64,000 nt of DNA from Phormidesmis sp. (lineage in GTDB: Bacteria; Cyanobacteriota; Cyanobacteriia; Leptolyngbyales; Leptolyngbyaceae). Positions 41,114-50,720 of the stretch are shown here, one piece after another. The position numbers were made by a program, and so were the translations under genes. The stretch spans positions 1,184,001 through 1,248,000 of the forward strand of contig CBDFJR010000002.1 in the NCBI GenBank assembly GCA_965248535.1, given 5' to 3'. The notes below the pieces were generated by a model, which had not been told where the DNA came from, did not search any database, and saw nothing but the letters and a program-made list of their open reading frames with translations. Position 1 is the first letter of the stretch; each line of letters starts with the position of its first letter.

Positions 41114-41295
41114 TCATTCAACTCCGTTACGTCCCTCGGAGCTTTGCAAAGCGAATCGCCACACCAACCGTTTATGGGTTCCTGGTCGCTCACTTTTGAG
41201 GGTGGGCACACTTGACAAGAGGGGACGGATGGCTTGAGTGACGCGTTAGCAGTATGCTAATAACGCCTCCGCTCTGATGCAGGGAGGCGTTTTTT
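41114..41295 (+). ncRNA. Candidate structured RNA (long closing stem, multi-hairpin junction) ending in an intrinsic terminator
   Basis: Hand-folded pairings (see findings); terminator aacgcctcc...ggaggcgtttttt at 41262-41295. Confidence 0.45.
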
Positions 41296-41367
41296 ATTGT
41301 CTATACATCTTCTCTTTGCCTAAAATCTCGCTAAGATAGATAGCCCAGCCCAGTTTGGAGGAGTGTT

Positions 41368-42444
41368 ATGACCCCCGATCGTACAGTTCAGGCAATAGAG
41401 TCGCTTCAGACAACAGTTAATGATTTATTTCACCAGTTGCCCAACTTGCGACACGGAGATTTGATTGCTCAAGCACTCGCGCTGATTGTGCGAATGGCAG
41501 GAGATGATATCGATCGGCTGGATTGGAAGATTCTCAATGCCTCTCTGCAAGACATGGAGCGGGCGTTTACCACGTTTTATCCCTATCGACACGTTCGCAA
41601 AATTGCCATTTTCGGTTCGGCTCGAATTTCGCCCGACACCGAAGAATATCAGATGGCGCGGGAGTTTGCGCGTTGTGTCACGGCTCAGGGCTACATGGTG
41701 ATCACCGGGGCAGGCGGCGGCATCATGCAGGCTGGAAATGAAGGAGCCGGGGCAGATCAATCGTTTGGGCTAAATATTCAGCTTCCGTTTGAGCAGGGCG
41801 CAAATCCCTTTATTGAAGGCGACCCAAAACTGGTGCCGTTTAAGTATTTCTTCACCCGCAAAGTATTCTTCTTAAGAGAAAGTGATGCTCTAGCGCTGTT
41901 TCCGGGTGGGTTTGGCACCCAAGATGAAGCGTTTGAATGTTTGACGCTGACACAGACGGGCAAATCGGCTCCGGTGCCGCTGGTGTTGATTGACAAGCCG
42001 GGCGGCAGCTATTGGCATGACTGGGCTGACTATGTAGATAAACAATTGCTGAAGCGGGGGCTGATCAGCCCAGATGATCCCAGCTTGTACACAATTACTG
42101 AGGATCTGGATGTTGCCTGTGACGCGATTTCTAGCTTTTATCAGGTCTATCACTCTAGTCGCTATGTGGGCGAGCAGTTGGTCATTCGGCTCAAGTCTGA
42201 CTTGACCGATGAAAGTGTCGCCCTGCTGAACGAAAGTTTTGCCGATATTTTGGTGAAAGGGACGATCGAGCGCAGCAAAGCCCTACCCCCAGAAGCTCAA
42301 GACGAAACATTGGAGTTGCCTCGGCTGGTGCTGAATTTTAACCAGAAAGATCTGGGTCGTCTCTATCGCCTGATCGCGACCATTAACCAGTTAGGAACGC
42401 CGACGCTTCCGCAAGAAGTTTCGGCGCACCCAGAGCGAAAATAG
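41368..42444 (+). CDS. LOG-family nucleotide-binding protein
   Basis: FGSAR, ITGAGGGIM, FKYFFTRK, PGGFGTQDE. Confidence 0.9.
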   Translation: MTPDRTVQAIESLQTTVNDLFHQLPNLRHGDLIAQALALIVRMAGDDIDRLDWKILNASLQDMERAFTTFYPYRHVRKIAIFGSARISPDTEEYQMAREFARCVTAQGYMVITGAGGGIMQAGNEGAGADQSFGLNIQLPFEQGANPFIEGDPKLVPFKYFFTRKVFFLRESDALALFPGGFGTQDEAFECLTLTQTGKSAPVPLVLIDKPGGSYWHDWADYVDKQLLKRGLISPDDPSLYTITEDLDVACDAISSFYQVYHSSRYVGEQLVIRLKSDLTDESVALLNESFADILVKGTIERSKALPPEAQDETLELPRLVLNFNQKDLGRLYRLIATINQLGTPTLPQEVSAHPERK

Positions 42445-42449
42445 CCGCA

Positions 42450-42803
42450 TCAAGGGCGGCAGGTTAGCAACAGAGCCTTGGGATAAAGTCGCTGTAACTC
42501 GGATAGGCGATCGGGGTTGGCGCGTCCATAGGGGGTCAAGTCACGAACGATCGAGGGCACGGGCGCAGGCGACAACCGCTCTTGACTCAAATCGTTGAAC
42601 AGGATCACCGTCTGAAGGCGCGAGGTTTGGTAGTGGTGCTCATAGGTTTGGGCGACCTGTTGCCACTGGGTTTGAGAGCAATAGCTGCGATCGATTAACA
42701 CCACGGTGCTAGGAAAACTCTGAGCGATCGCCCATCCTGCTGTCAGAAAAAGCAGCCAACCAGCGCCTAAAATTCGCAGCAAAGAGCGGTTGAGGGCAGC
42801 CAT
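42450..42803 (-). CDS. Small membrane-anchored or secreted protein with partial vWA-like motif
   Basis: Hydrophobic N-terminus then VVLIDRSYC; ATG at 42803, 10 nt after the upstream stop. Confidence 0.55.
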   Translation of the reverse strand: MAALNRSLLRILGAGWLLFLTAGWAIAQSFPSTVVLIDRSYCSQTQWQQVAQTYEHHYQTSRLQTVILFNDLSQERLSPAPVPSIVRDLTPYGRANPDRLSELQRLYPKALLLTCRP

Positions 42804-42813
42804 AAAGACACCG

Positions 42814-44559
42814 TTATAGGTTGGTTTGAAAGAGTTCTGTAAACAGAGCTTGCAGCGTTTTGGGATTGCCCGATTTGACGGTGGCTTCTCGCAGTTGGGC
42901 GATCGCCTGTAGCTCTGCCTGATTGACCTCGCCATAGGCGATCGGGTAGAAGCGCACGTCGCTGTGGGCTAACACGTCTTTCACCTGGTCAAATTTTAAG
43001 CCTTGGTTGGTTTCGCCATCAGAAAGCAGCATCAGATAAAATCGACCGTTAGGATCGGCTTTTTTGCGATCCAATAAGTCAGACAAGCCAGAAATCATGC
43101 CGTCATACATTGCGGTGCCGCCATCGGCTCTGAGTTGGTCGGCGGCGGCCAAAAGTCGCTGATGTTGGAGGGAGTCAAACGGAGCTAGAGGCACGATCGC
43201 GGTAGCCCGATCGCTAAACGTCGTCAGTCCCACATAGTTGCCGGGATTGATCGATTGAGCCGCAATCTGCAAGCTGCTTTTCACCGCTTGAATGCGGGGC
43301 CCCTCCATTGAGCCACTCGTGTCGATCACGAGAGATAGATAAACGGTGCGTCCGCCGTCTTTGCGCTGTTTCCAAAATGACTGAGCCGCTTTGAGCACTT
43401 CGCCAGACGGTAGAGGCGGGGCAGGGTTTTGGAGCGAGTTGGCAGGCGCAAAGCCTTGAGCGATCGCCAGTTTTTGCATATCCGCCGATCCTGCAAAGTC
43501 AGCAAATTGCTTCAGAGCCTCCTGCTGAAGGGGACTGTTCCACTCAAAGCTGACTAGCGGACTGTCGTGGGGCACCCCAAACGGCACAAAGGCGACATCC
43601 TCAAATCCGGGCAGTTTTTTGAGGGTTTGATAACTCTGATATTCGAGGGGAAAGGCTTGCAGTTTTTGGCGATCGCGGATGAAGATTTCCTTCAAATCTA
43701 GCGTGGTAGTGGTCGTCACTAACACCTGTTTTTGAAAGGCATCAAACACCGAATTGACCTGCGGAGACTGCAACTCAGCCACGGTGAGGGGCTTGTGATC
43801 CTGCTGGTGCCCGGCGCTGCGCCAAAACAGACTGTAGAGTAAATTCAGCGCTGCCGAACTCGTGTAGGGATTGGGATAGCCAACCGTAATTTTGCCCGAT
43901 ACGATCGCGTCTAAAAGCCGCTCAAAGGTCACCTCTCCATCTTTGGCAAGGGTTTGATAAGCGGTGGACGCGACGACAAATCCGGCTGAGTTGTGGACTA
44001 AGCGAGGGGTGACGATCGTGCTCGATAACCCCTGCTGTTGCAGAAGTTGCAGCCACAGTTGATTAGAGGGTGAAAACCCAGTGGGGCGAACGACTTGAGC
44101 CGCTAGCAGTCGAGCCGCCGTGCCCGATGGAACGTTGCGAATGCCGACTTGAATGGTCTGCCCAGAGGGGGTTGTAGCTCGTTTGGCGTTAAAGGCTTCT
44201 GCCACGTTGACAAGCCAGCGCTCATCTTGTTTTTGCCCGTTTGATTTTTCAGCCGATCCTAAAATTTCGATGTAGGCAGTTTTAGAATCGGTCGAAGGCT
44301 GCGCTCCATAAACAGGAAAATCTTCCAGTTTGGGTAAAGGTTCTGCGACTTTTTGGACGGCATAGCGTTGGGCAACGGCATCGGCGATCGGGGCTTTTTC
44401 GACATTGATTTTGGGCAACAGATCGGCGTGCAGCACCCGATCGGCGCTTTCAAAGGAGTTGACCGCTGGGATGCCCCCACAGGCCCAGAGTGTAGACAGA
44501 CAGACCCCGCAGACGAACCACAGCCCAAACCAGATCCGCAGTTTTTTAAGTAATTTCAT
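42814..44559 (-). CDS. Lipoprotein with solute-binding-like N-domain and C-terminal vWA domain
   Basis: LWAC lipobox; NPYTSS; MIDAS DTSGS, GGTAMYD, LLSDG. Confidence 0.85.
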   Translation of the reverse strand: MKLLKKLRIWFGLWFVCGVCLSTLWACGGIPAVNSFESADRVLHADLLPKINVEKAPIADAVAQRYAVQKVAEPLPKLEDFPVYGAQPSTDSKTAYIEILGSAEKSNGQKQDERWLVNVAEAFNAKRATTPSGQTIQVGIRNVPSGTAARLLAAQVVRPTGFSPSNQLWLQLLQQQGLSSTIVTPRLVHNSAGFVVASTAYQTLAKDGEVTFERLLDAIVSGKITVGYPNPYTSSAALNLLYSLFWRSAGHQQDHKPLTVAELQSPQVNSVFDAFQKQVLVTTTTTLDLKEIFIRDRQKLQAFPLEYQSYQTLKKLPGFEDVAFVPFGVPHDSPLVSFEWNSPLQQEALKQFADFAGSADMQKLAIAQGFAPANSLQNPAPPLPSGEVLKAAQSFWKQRKDGGRTVYLSLVIDTSGSMEGPRIQAVKSSLQIAAQSINPGNYVGLTTFSDRATAIVPLAPFDSLQHQRLLAAADQLRADGGTAMYDGMISGLSDLLDRKKADPNGRFYLMLLSDGETNQGLKFDQVKDVLAHSDVRFYPIAYGEVNQAELQAIAQLREATVKSGNPKTLQALFTELFQTNL

Positions 44560-44570
44560 TACTGTTCCTA

Positions 44571-45215
44571 TTAATGTTTATCGATCGGGGATCGCAACAC
44601 CGTCCGGTTAGTCTCAATCACTAACCGCAAACTTGCTGGCAAACTAATCTCCGAACGAGTCAGATCAAAGCCAGACAGCAAAATCTGATCCTGCAACTGC
44701 TGCAATTCGTCGTGGGTTTGCGCCAAGCGATCGCAGGTCGCCTGCAACTGCTGTTGGGCTAAAGGACGATAGGTGGCAGATTGGATTTGATCCACCGCTT
44801 GCAGGGCTGCGACCACTTGCCGCATCAACGCGAGAACGGTGTGCAGCGCGTCCAACAATTCTGGAATTAAGGTCGGCTCTCGGCAGGCAATCTGAGTGGC
44901 AAATCTCTGGGTTGCTTCTGCCCAGTCGTAAGCCTGTTTCATCGGGGCTGAAACAACTTGATAATCAAACGTTGCTAAGTGCGCTAAAAAGGTGGCGCGA
45001 TCGAGCAAATTTTCTGACGGTTTGAACATGGTTTTGTGCAGATATCTAAACCAAACGCTGATCATGCCTAGAGCGATCGCGCCGCCGATGATCAGCACGA
45101 GCCAATGGCTTCCTAACGCGATCACAAACCAGAGATAGCCCAGCAGCGTTCCTGCTAAAAGCAAATAAGTTTGAGGGAGGCGAAATTTTGGAAATGAATG
45201 ACGGAGGTTCATCAT
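44571..45215 (-). CDS. Hypothetical protein with two TM helices and a helical cytoplasmic domain
   Basis: Two N-terminal hydrophobic segments followed by Gln/Leu-rich coiled coil. Confidence 0.7.
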   Translation of the reverse strand: MMNLRHSFPKFRLPQTYLLLAGTLLGYLWFVIALGSHWLVLIIGGAIALGMISVWFRYLHKTMFKPSENLLDRATFLAHLATFDYQVVSAPMKQAYDWAEATQRFATQIACREPTLIPELLDALHTVLALMRQVVAALQAVDQIQSATYRPLAQQQLQATCDRLAQTHDELQQLQDQILLSGFDLTRSEISLPASLRLVIETNRTVLRSPIDKH

Positions 45216-45222
45216 AGTTTCC

Positions 45223-46515
45223 CTACTGAACGGTGTCGGGTAACTGAACCCAGTCAGCGCTTTCTGTGGGTTCTGACTGGCGTTGTTTACCGTCTAACAA
45301 GCAACTGACGGTCATGTCTCCCATGACGTTGATGGCAGTGCGGCAGCGATCGAGAAACCAATCTACTGTCACTAGCAGCGCAATATATTGAGTCGGCAAT
45401 CCCACGGCGGTGAATACGAGCGTCATCGTCACCAACCCTGCTTCGGGAATGCCTGCGGCACCCACTGACGCGAATATAGCCGTTAACACAACAATGAATT
45501 GCTGGGGTAAGCTGAGATCAAGCCCTAAAATCTGAGCGACAAACAACGCTGACATCGCCTCATATAATGCAGTGCCATCATTATTGAAGTTACTGCCTAC
45601 TAAAGCACCTAATGAAGCCGATGATTCTCGTAACCCTACTTTGTCTAACAAAGCTCGGAACGTGACGGGCATCGCCACTGTCGAGGATGCGGTTGAGAAA
45701 GCCGTTAAAAGTGCATCACTGCCACCCTGCAAAAATCGCTTTGGGCTGACCCAAGATCCTAACCGAACTCGGATCACATAATAGATTGCCTGAAGAAACA
45801 GCGCTAATAACACAGCAACAACAAAGGCTGCTAAGGACTTAAACGGTTCAAATCCCTGTAGCGCGATCGTTTTAGCAACAATTCCAAATACTGCGAGTGG
45901 CACCAGCGCGATCACAAACTGCAATAGCTGCACCACTGCATCAAACAGCATTGTGATCGCTTGCTCGATCGGGCGATAATCCTGCTTTCCCTGCTCGATC
46001 TGCTGGGCTTTGAGCGATCGTAAAACAATTCCAAACGACAGCGCCACAAAAATGAGTTGAATCACATTGTTATCGACCAAAGGCTGCACGATCGAGGGCG
46101 GCACCATGTCTTGCAGCAATCCCCACGGGTCAAAACCCTTGCTAGCAGCCACACTAGTCGGAGCCGCCACGCCCCACCAGCGTCCGGGTTTGAGCACATT
46201 GGCAACCAACAGTCCGATTAAGATTGCTGCAACAGTGTTCGTCAACAACAGCCCAAACAATCGCCGCCCCGATCGTCCGGGAATGGTTGCTGTCAAAAAA
46301 ACGTGCAAAACAGCGAGCAAAATTAGCGGAGTCGCCAAAGTGCGTAACGCTTTGAGCACCAAGTTGCAGGGAATGACCAAATTGTTGATCAACGGCACCC
46401 AATCCGGGTGAGGATGCCCTGCCCCTGCGAGTAGCCCGACCCCGATCGCTAACAAAAGCGCGATCACAATCTGACCATAAAGAGGAATCGCTTTGAGAAA
46501 ACTGTGCTGCTTCAT
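45223..46515 (-). CDS. Dicarboxylate/amino acid:cation symporter (DAACS, GltP-like)
   Basis: AFSTASS, NNDGTALY, GAAGIP, DRCRTAIN; start 46515 or 46542. Confidence 0.92.
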   Translation of the reverse strand: MKQHSFLKAIPLYGQIVIALLLAIGVGLLAGAGHPHPDWVPLINNLVIPCNLVLKALRTLATPLILLAVLHVFLTATIPGRSGRRLFGLLLTNTVAAILIGLLVANVLKPGRWWGVAAPTSVAASKGFDPWGLLQDMVPPSIVQPLVDNNVIQLIFVALSFGIVLRSLKAQQIEQGKQDYRPIEQAITMLFDAVVQLLQFVIALVPLAVFGIVAKTIALQGFEPFKSLAAFVVAVLLALFLQAIYYVIRVRLGSWVSPKRFLQGGSDALLTAFSTASSTVAMPVTFRALLDKVGLRESSASLGALVGSNFNNDGTALYEAMSALFVAQILGLDLSLPQQFIVVLTAIFASVGAAGIPEAGLVTMTLVFTAVGLPTQYIALLVTVDWFLDRCRTAINVMGDMTVSCLLDGKQRQSEPTESADWVQLPDTVQ

Positions 46516-46641
46516 ACCCTTATCCGCTATGACGTTAGCCACACTTTCTCAGACCGATCGCGGGTCACGCTAGATCAATGGGAGATCACCGAAAACTGCT
46601 CTAAAATTGATCTTGACAAACCTAAAAATTCTTCAGCATTT

Positions 46642-47964
46642 GTGGCAACAATCAGAGCGTCTAGTCAGGGACTTGCCAAAATCAAGCAGGTGCGAAACGA
46701 ACAGGGTTGGACGATCGACGATCCGCGCTGGCTCCTAGAGGCGAGTCAAATTCTTAAGCCAATGGTGTCGTGGAGCGATTTAGAACAGGTTGCCGATGGC
46801 GTTTCTGAAGGCACTTGGAAGCGATTTTTGTCAGGAAAGAGCATTGAGACCTTAGCGTTTAAGGCCTTTTGTCAGGTGTTAAACCTAGATTGGCAAGAAC
46901 TGGTCGATCGTCCGATCCAGTCCGAGTTTCGCGCCGTCAAACCGTCTCAGCAACACGCTGCTGGATTTTTGGATTGGGGAGATGCCCCCGATATTTCTGT
47001 GTTCTACGATCGCTCAGACGTTTTTGACACGCTGACTCAGTGGCTGGTGGTCGATCGCTGTCGGCTAGTGGCTCTGTTGGGCATGGGCGGCATTGGCAAA
47101 ACCGCTCTCGCCGTCAAACTCACCGAACATCTTCGGCCGCAGTTTGAAGGTGTGATTTGGCGATCGCTCCGATCAACTCCAGCGCTATCAGATCTGTTAA
47201 CCGATCTGATCACTGGATTAACTCAAGTCTCAATCTCTACGACGATCGAAGAATTATTATCAACCCTGATTCAACATCTGCGTCAACGCCGAGTTTTGCT
47301 GATTTTAGACGGGTGGGAAAATATTTTGGGCGGCGATCGGGCCGGACAGTGCAAACCCGGCTATGAAGACTATGGCGAATTGCTGCGGCGCATCGGCAGC
47401 GATCGTCATCAAAGCTGCCTGCTGTTGACGAGTCGAGAAAAGCCTGAAGAGTTAACGCTGCTCGAAGATTGCACGCCTCTAGCCAAGTCGCACAAACTAG
47501 CGGGCTTGGGCAGCGCCGCGATCGGGATTTTGCAAGCCAAAGGGCTAGTGTTAGAGCCTCAATCTTGGCATCAATTAATCCAGATTTATCGCGGCAATCC
47601 CCTAGCCTTAAACGTGGTGGCGACTTTGATTCAAGAATTGTTTGATGGCAAAGTTAGCGAAGCCCTCAAAACCAACACGATGTTGGGCATCGATCAAGTC
47701 AATCATGTGCTGACAGAGCGAGTCCGATCGCTGTCACCCCTCGAACAGCAACTCCTCTGTTGTCTAGCCCGCGTCCGCAATCCCATTCCTCGCGAGGCGC
47801 TGCGATCGCAGATGGCGACCCAAGTTTCTTATTCGGAATTTGTGAGCGGATTAACCTCCCTCGATCGGCGATCGCTGCTCGAAAAAAGCTCAGAAAACGG
47901 CAAGATTTTATTCACCCTTCAGCCGATGGTGATGAGATTTGTCACCAAACTGTTTCTCGTTTAG
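46642..47964 (+). CDS. HTH + NB-ARC (STAND) protein without C-terminal repeats
   Basis: VSEGTWKRFL HTH, DWGDAPD, Walker A GMGGIGKT, Walker B LLILD, GNPLAL; GTG start at 46642 inferred. Confidence 0.85.
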   Translation: MATIRASSQGLAKIKQVRNEQGWTIDDPRWLLEASQILKPMVSWSDLEQVADGVSEGTWKRFLSGKSIETLAFKAFCQVLNLDWQELVDRPIQSEFRAVKPSQQHAAGFLDWGDAPDISVFYDRSDVFDTLTQWLVVDRCRLVALLGMGGIGKTALAVKLTEHLRPQFEGVIWRSLRSTPALSDLLTDLITGLTQVSISTTIEELLSTLIQHLRQRRVLLILDGWENILGGDRAGQCKPGYEDYGELLRRIGSDRHQSCLLLTSREKPEELTLLEDCTPLAKSHKLAGLGSAAIGILQAKGLVLEPQSWHQLIQIYRGNPLALNVVATLIQELFDGKVSEALKTNTMLGIDQVNHVLTERVRSLSPLEQQLLCCLARVRNPIPREALRSQMATQVSYSEFVSGLTSLDRRSLLEKSSENGKILFTLQPMVMRFVTKLFLV

Positions 47965-48596
47965 ATAAAAATCAGTCCTTGACGAGCACCCAAAATCACG
48001 GCTTCGGTGCGGCTCGACGCATTGAGCTTGCTGAAGATCGAGCTAATGTGAAACTTAACCGTATGGTCAGAAATGGTCAACCGCCGGGCGATCGCTTTGT
48101 TGCCCAACCCTTCGGCCAACATTCCCAAGACTTCCACCTCGCGACTCGTCAAGGCTTGCATCGGAGGTTCGGGTAAGGATCGAGTTGTCGCCGGAAGGAT
48201 AGACAGCAACGACTCGATCGCGTCAGGATGCAAAACCGTAAACCCGGCCGCCGCCGCCGCGATCGCGCTCACCATTTCAGCGGCCGTAGACTCATTAGAG
48301 ATCACTCCCCGCACCCCCGCCCGCAGCAGATCCCCCATTGCGCCTGACAACTCATCGACTAGCACCACGATCGCCGCCTGAAAACTCATATCAGACAGAA
48401 GCGACGGCAACGATTCGTCATCTTGCCCGCTCCAGTCGATCAAAATCACCTCGACAGACGGCGGCGCGATCGCCGAAATCAAGGAGTCCAGATTGGCAGA
48501 CGTGCCGATTACGGCGATCGTGGGATCACTCGTGATCAGCGCTTCCAACCCAGTTCGCAGAACGATCGAGGCCGCCACCACCCAAACTCGAATCAT
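47961..48596 (-). CDS. LuxR-family regulator with atypical receiver domain
   Basis: LTSREVEVL...TVKFHISSIFSKL HTH; receiver lacks the acidic pocket (VVAAS). Confidence 0.88.
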   Translation of the reverse strand: MIRVWVVAASIVLRTGLEALITSDPTIAVIGTSANLDSLISAIAPPSVEVILIDWSGQDDESLPSLLSDMSFQAAIVVLVDELSGAMGDLLRAGVRGVISNESTAAEMVSAIAAAAAGFTVLHPDAIESLLSILPATTRSLPEPPMQALTSREVEVLGMLAEGLGNKAIARRLTISDHTVKFHISSIFSKLNASSRTEAVILGARQGLIFI

Positions 48597-49483
48597 AACC
48601 GGGGCAAATAAAGGATCATGCCTGCGACTCCTTGGGGTTCTCGACCATAGAGAATCACGTCGGCAACACTGCGCTGACCGCCTCGGAGAACATTGAGCGG
48701 CAGTCCGTCGCCTGAGTGAGAGCGCTCTAGAATCTCAAACAACTCATTCGGCGTTTGAAACGATGTGCCGCGCACCCCAATCAACACATCGCCGAGCTGC
48801 AAATGAGCCACCTCAGCCGGACTGTCAGACTCGATTGCTATAATCAACAAGCCGTAGACCGGGCGGCGATCGATCGGCACCATCACAGGCTGAAGCGACA
48901 CCCCTAAATAAGGACGATCGTGCTGATCCCTGAGAAATCGCTGCACAACCCGGCTCGGAATCGCAAACCCGCAGCCGTTCACAATCATGGTGTTGATGCC
49001 AATCACCTGCCCTTGGGCGTTGGCGAGTGCACCGCCAGAGTTGCCCGGAGCCAATCTCACATCAGCCTGAATCCACGGCTGAGTTTGGGTCGAGCCAAGG
49101 GTGTGAATAATTCCCGTGGTGACGGCACCCACCCATCCAAGCGGATTGCCCACCGCTAAGACAAATTCACCGACTCGCAGGCAGTCAGAGTCTCCCACCG
49201 CCGCAGCAGGCAAATCAGTCGCCTGAACTTGCAGCGCCACTAAATCTCGTTGAATATTTCTGGCCGTGACGGTTGCCTTTAAAATCTGTCCGTCCGATCG
49301 CTCTACTTCAGCTTCGGTGCCGCTCACCACATGGGCATTGGTGACAATTACGCCATTTGCGCTCCAGATTACCCCCGATCCGGCTCCCGATTTGCCCGAT
49401 CGCACTTGCACGGTGCAGCGCCGCAATTGATCGGCGATCGTCGTCAACTCCTTCGTCAAAAAACTTGGGTAAATGTCTTGCAT
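48593..49483 (-). CDS. Trypsin-like (S1C) serine protease with PDZ domain
   Basis: TNAHVV, RDLVAL, PGNSGG; C-terminal PDZ; no signal peptide. Confidence 0.9.
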   Translation of the reverse strand: MQDIYPSFLTKELTTIADQLRRCTVQVRSGKSGAGSGVIWSANGVIVTNAHVVSGTEAEVERSDGQILKATVTARNIQRDLVALQVQATDLPAAAVGDSDCLRVGEFVLAVGNPLGWVGAVTTGIIHTLGSTQTQPWIQADVRLAPGNSGGALANAQGQVIGINTMIVNGCGFAIPSRVVQRFLRDQHDRPYLGVSLQPVMVPIDRRPVYGLLIIAIESDSPAEVAHLQLGDVLIGVRGTSFQTPNELFEILERSHSGDGLPLNVLRGGQRSVADVILYGREPQGVAGMILYLPRL

Positions 49484-50410
49484 TTAGTCTTCTCTCCCTG
49501 GTTTTTCGCCAACCGTCAGGGTGATCTCAGCCAACACGCCGCCTCGAATGATTTGCGCTGTCAACGGTTGACCGACTCGATCGGGGTCAAGCAAGCGCTG
49601 CACATCGCCCACATCGGCGATCGCAGTCCCATTTAGCGCAGTGATAATGTCGCCAATCAACACTCCCGCCCGATCGCCCGGTGCATCGGGGGCAATGCTC
49701 ACCACAATCACGCCACTTTCAGTCAGGTTGAGCGATCGCAATAGCGCGTCGGGTAGCTGCACTGCTTGCATTCCCAATCCTAAATAGCCACGGGCAATGC
49801 GTCCGGTTTGCAGCAGTTGATCAACTACGCGATTCACCGTCGCTGATGGAATCGATAAGGTCATGTGCCGCGGCCCAGTGGTGTTGATGCCCACAACCCG
49901 CCCTGCTGCATCCACTAACGGGCTACCCGAAAACCCAGGATAGAGCATCAGAGACGGGCGAATAAATTGATCAATCCGTCCGCCTTGCCAGCCGCGCCAC
50001 GGGCCCCCGATCGTGCTGATTACGCCCATGCTGGCACTGGTTGCGCCTTCTTTTGAGCGGGCGATCGCTAATACAATCTGCCCGATTCTCAATGCTGAAG
50101 ACTCGCTGACCTCAATGGTTGGCAGATCCACATTGTCTAATTTTAGTAATGCTAAATCACTGCTAGAATCACGCCCTGCTAATACAGCAGGCACAGTTTG
50201 CCCATCGGGTAAGGTAACGCTGATCTCTTCGTCTCGGTTAACGGTGTGATCAGCCGTGACAATGACTCCCGATCGCCAATAAACCCCAGTTGAAGACATT
50301 TTTCGGCGAGCATTGACAGCGACGATCGATCGGGCTGATTGCTCTACAATGTCGGCTAGTTGATGGGAAAATTCTAGCAGCACGCTAGATCGATTAGAAG
50401 AGGTTGTCAT
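49484..50410 (-). CDS. Trypsin-like (S1C) serine protease with PDZ domain
   Basis: TADHTV, SDLALL, PGFSGSPL; GYLGL PDZ; no signal peptide. Confidence 0.88.
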   Translation of the reverse strand: MTTSSNRSSVLLEFSHQLADIVEQSARSIVAVNARRKMSSTGVYWRSGVIVTADHTVNRDEEISVTLPDGQTVPAVLAGRDSSSDLALLKLDNVDLPTIEVSESSALRIGQIVLAIARSKEGATSASMGVISTIGGPWRGWQGGRIDQFIRPSLMLYPGFSGSPLVDAAGRVVGINTTGPRHMTLSIPSATVNRVVDQLLQTGRIARGYLGLGMQAVQLPDALLRSLNLTESGVIVVSIAPDAPGDRAGVLIGDIITALNGTAIADVGDVQRLLDPDRVGQPLTAQIIRGGVLAEITLTVGEKPGRED

Positions 50411-50720
50411 GCTGATTCCAAGACTGATTCCCTTTAGAATGCCGTAACCTCAGGCTGAACAGCATCAGAAAAATGGGCAGATTACCCCCTAGAAAAATGG
50501 CTAGGAGCGATCTACAAACCGACCCAAATTCTCAGAGCTAGGGTAACAATTCATTCCTTGGCTTGTCGTAGATTAATCCCTAAGCGTACTATTGACGTTA
50601 TAAATAAACGATCCGATCTGATTCACGATTCTGAGTCTAAAGTGCTCTAAATTACATTGGGCTGCTGAATCGTTCAAATATTATGAGACCCTTGACCCTG
50701 CTCAATCCGCATTAAATTTT

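Noticed and set aside
41114..41295. Assignment as tRNA, 6S RNA or a known riboswitch
   Set aside because: No T-loop or CCA and none of the consensus motifs I know; kept as an unassigned candidate
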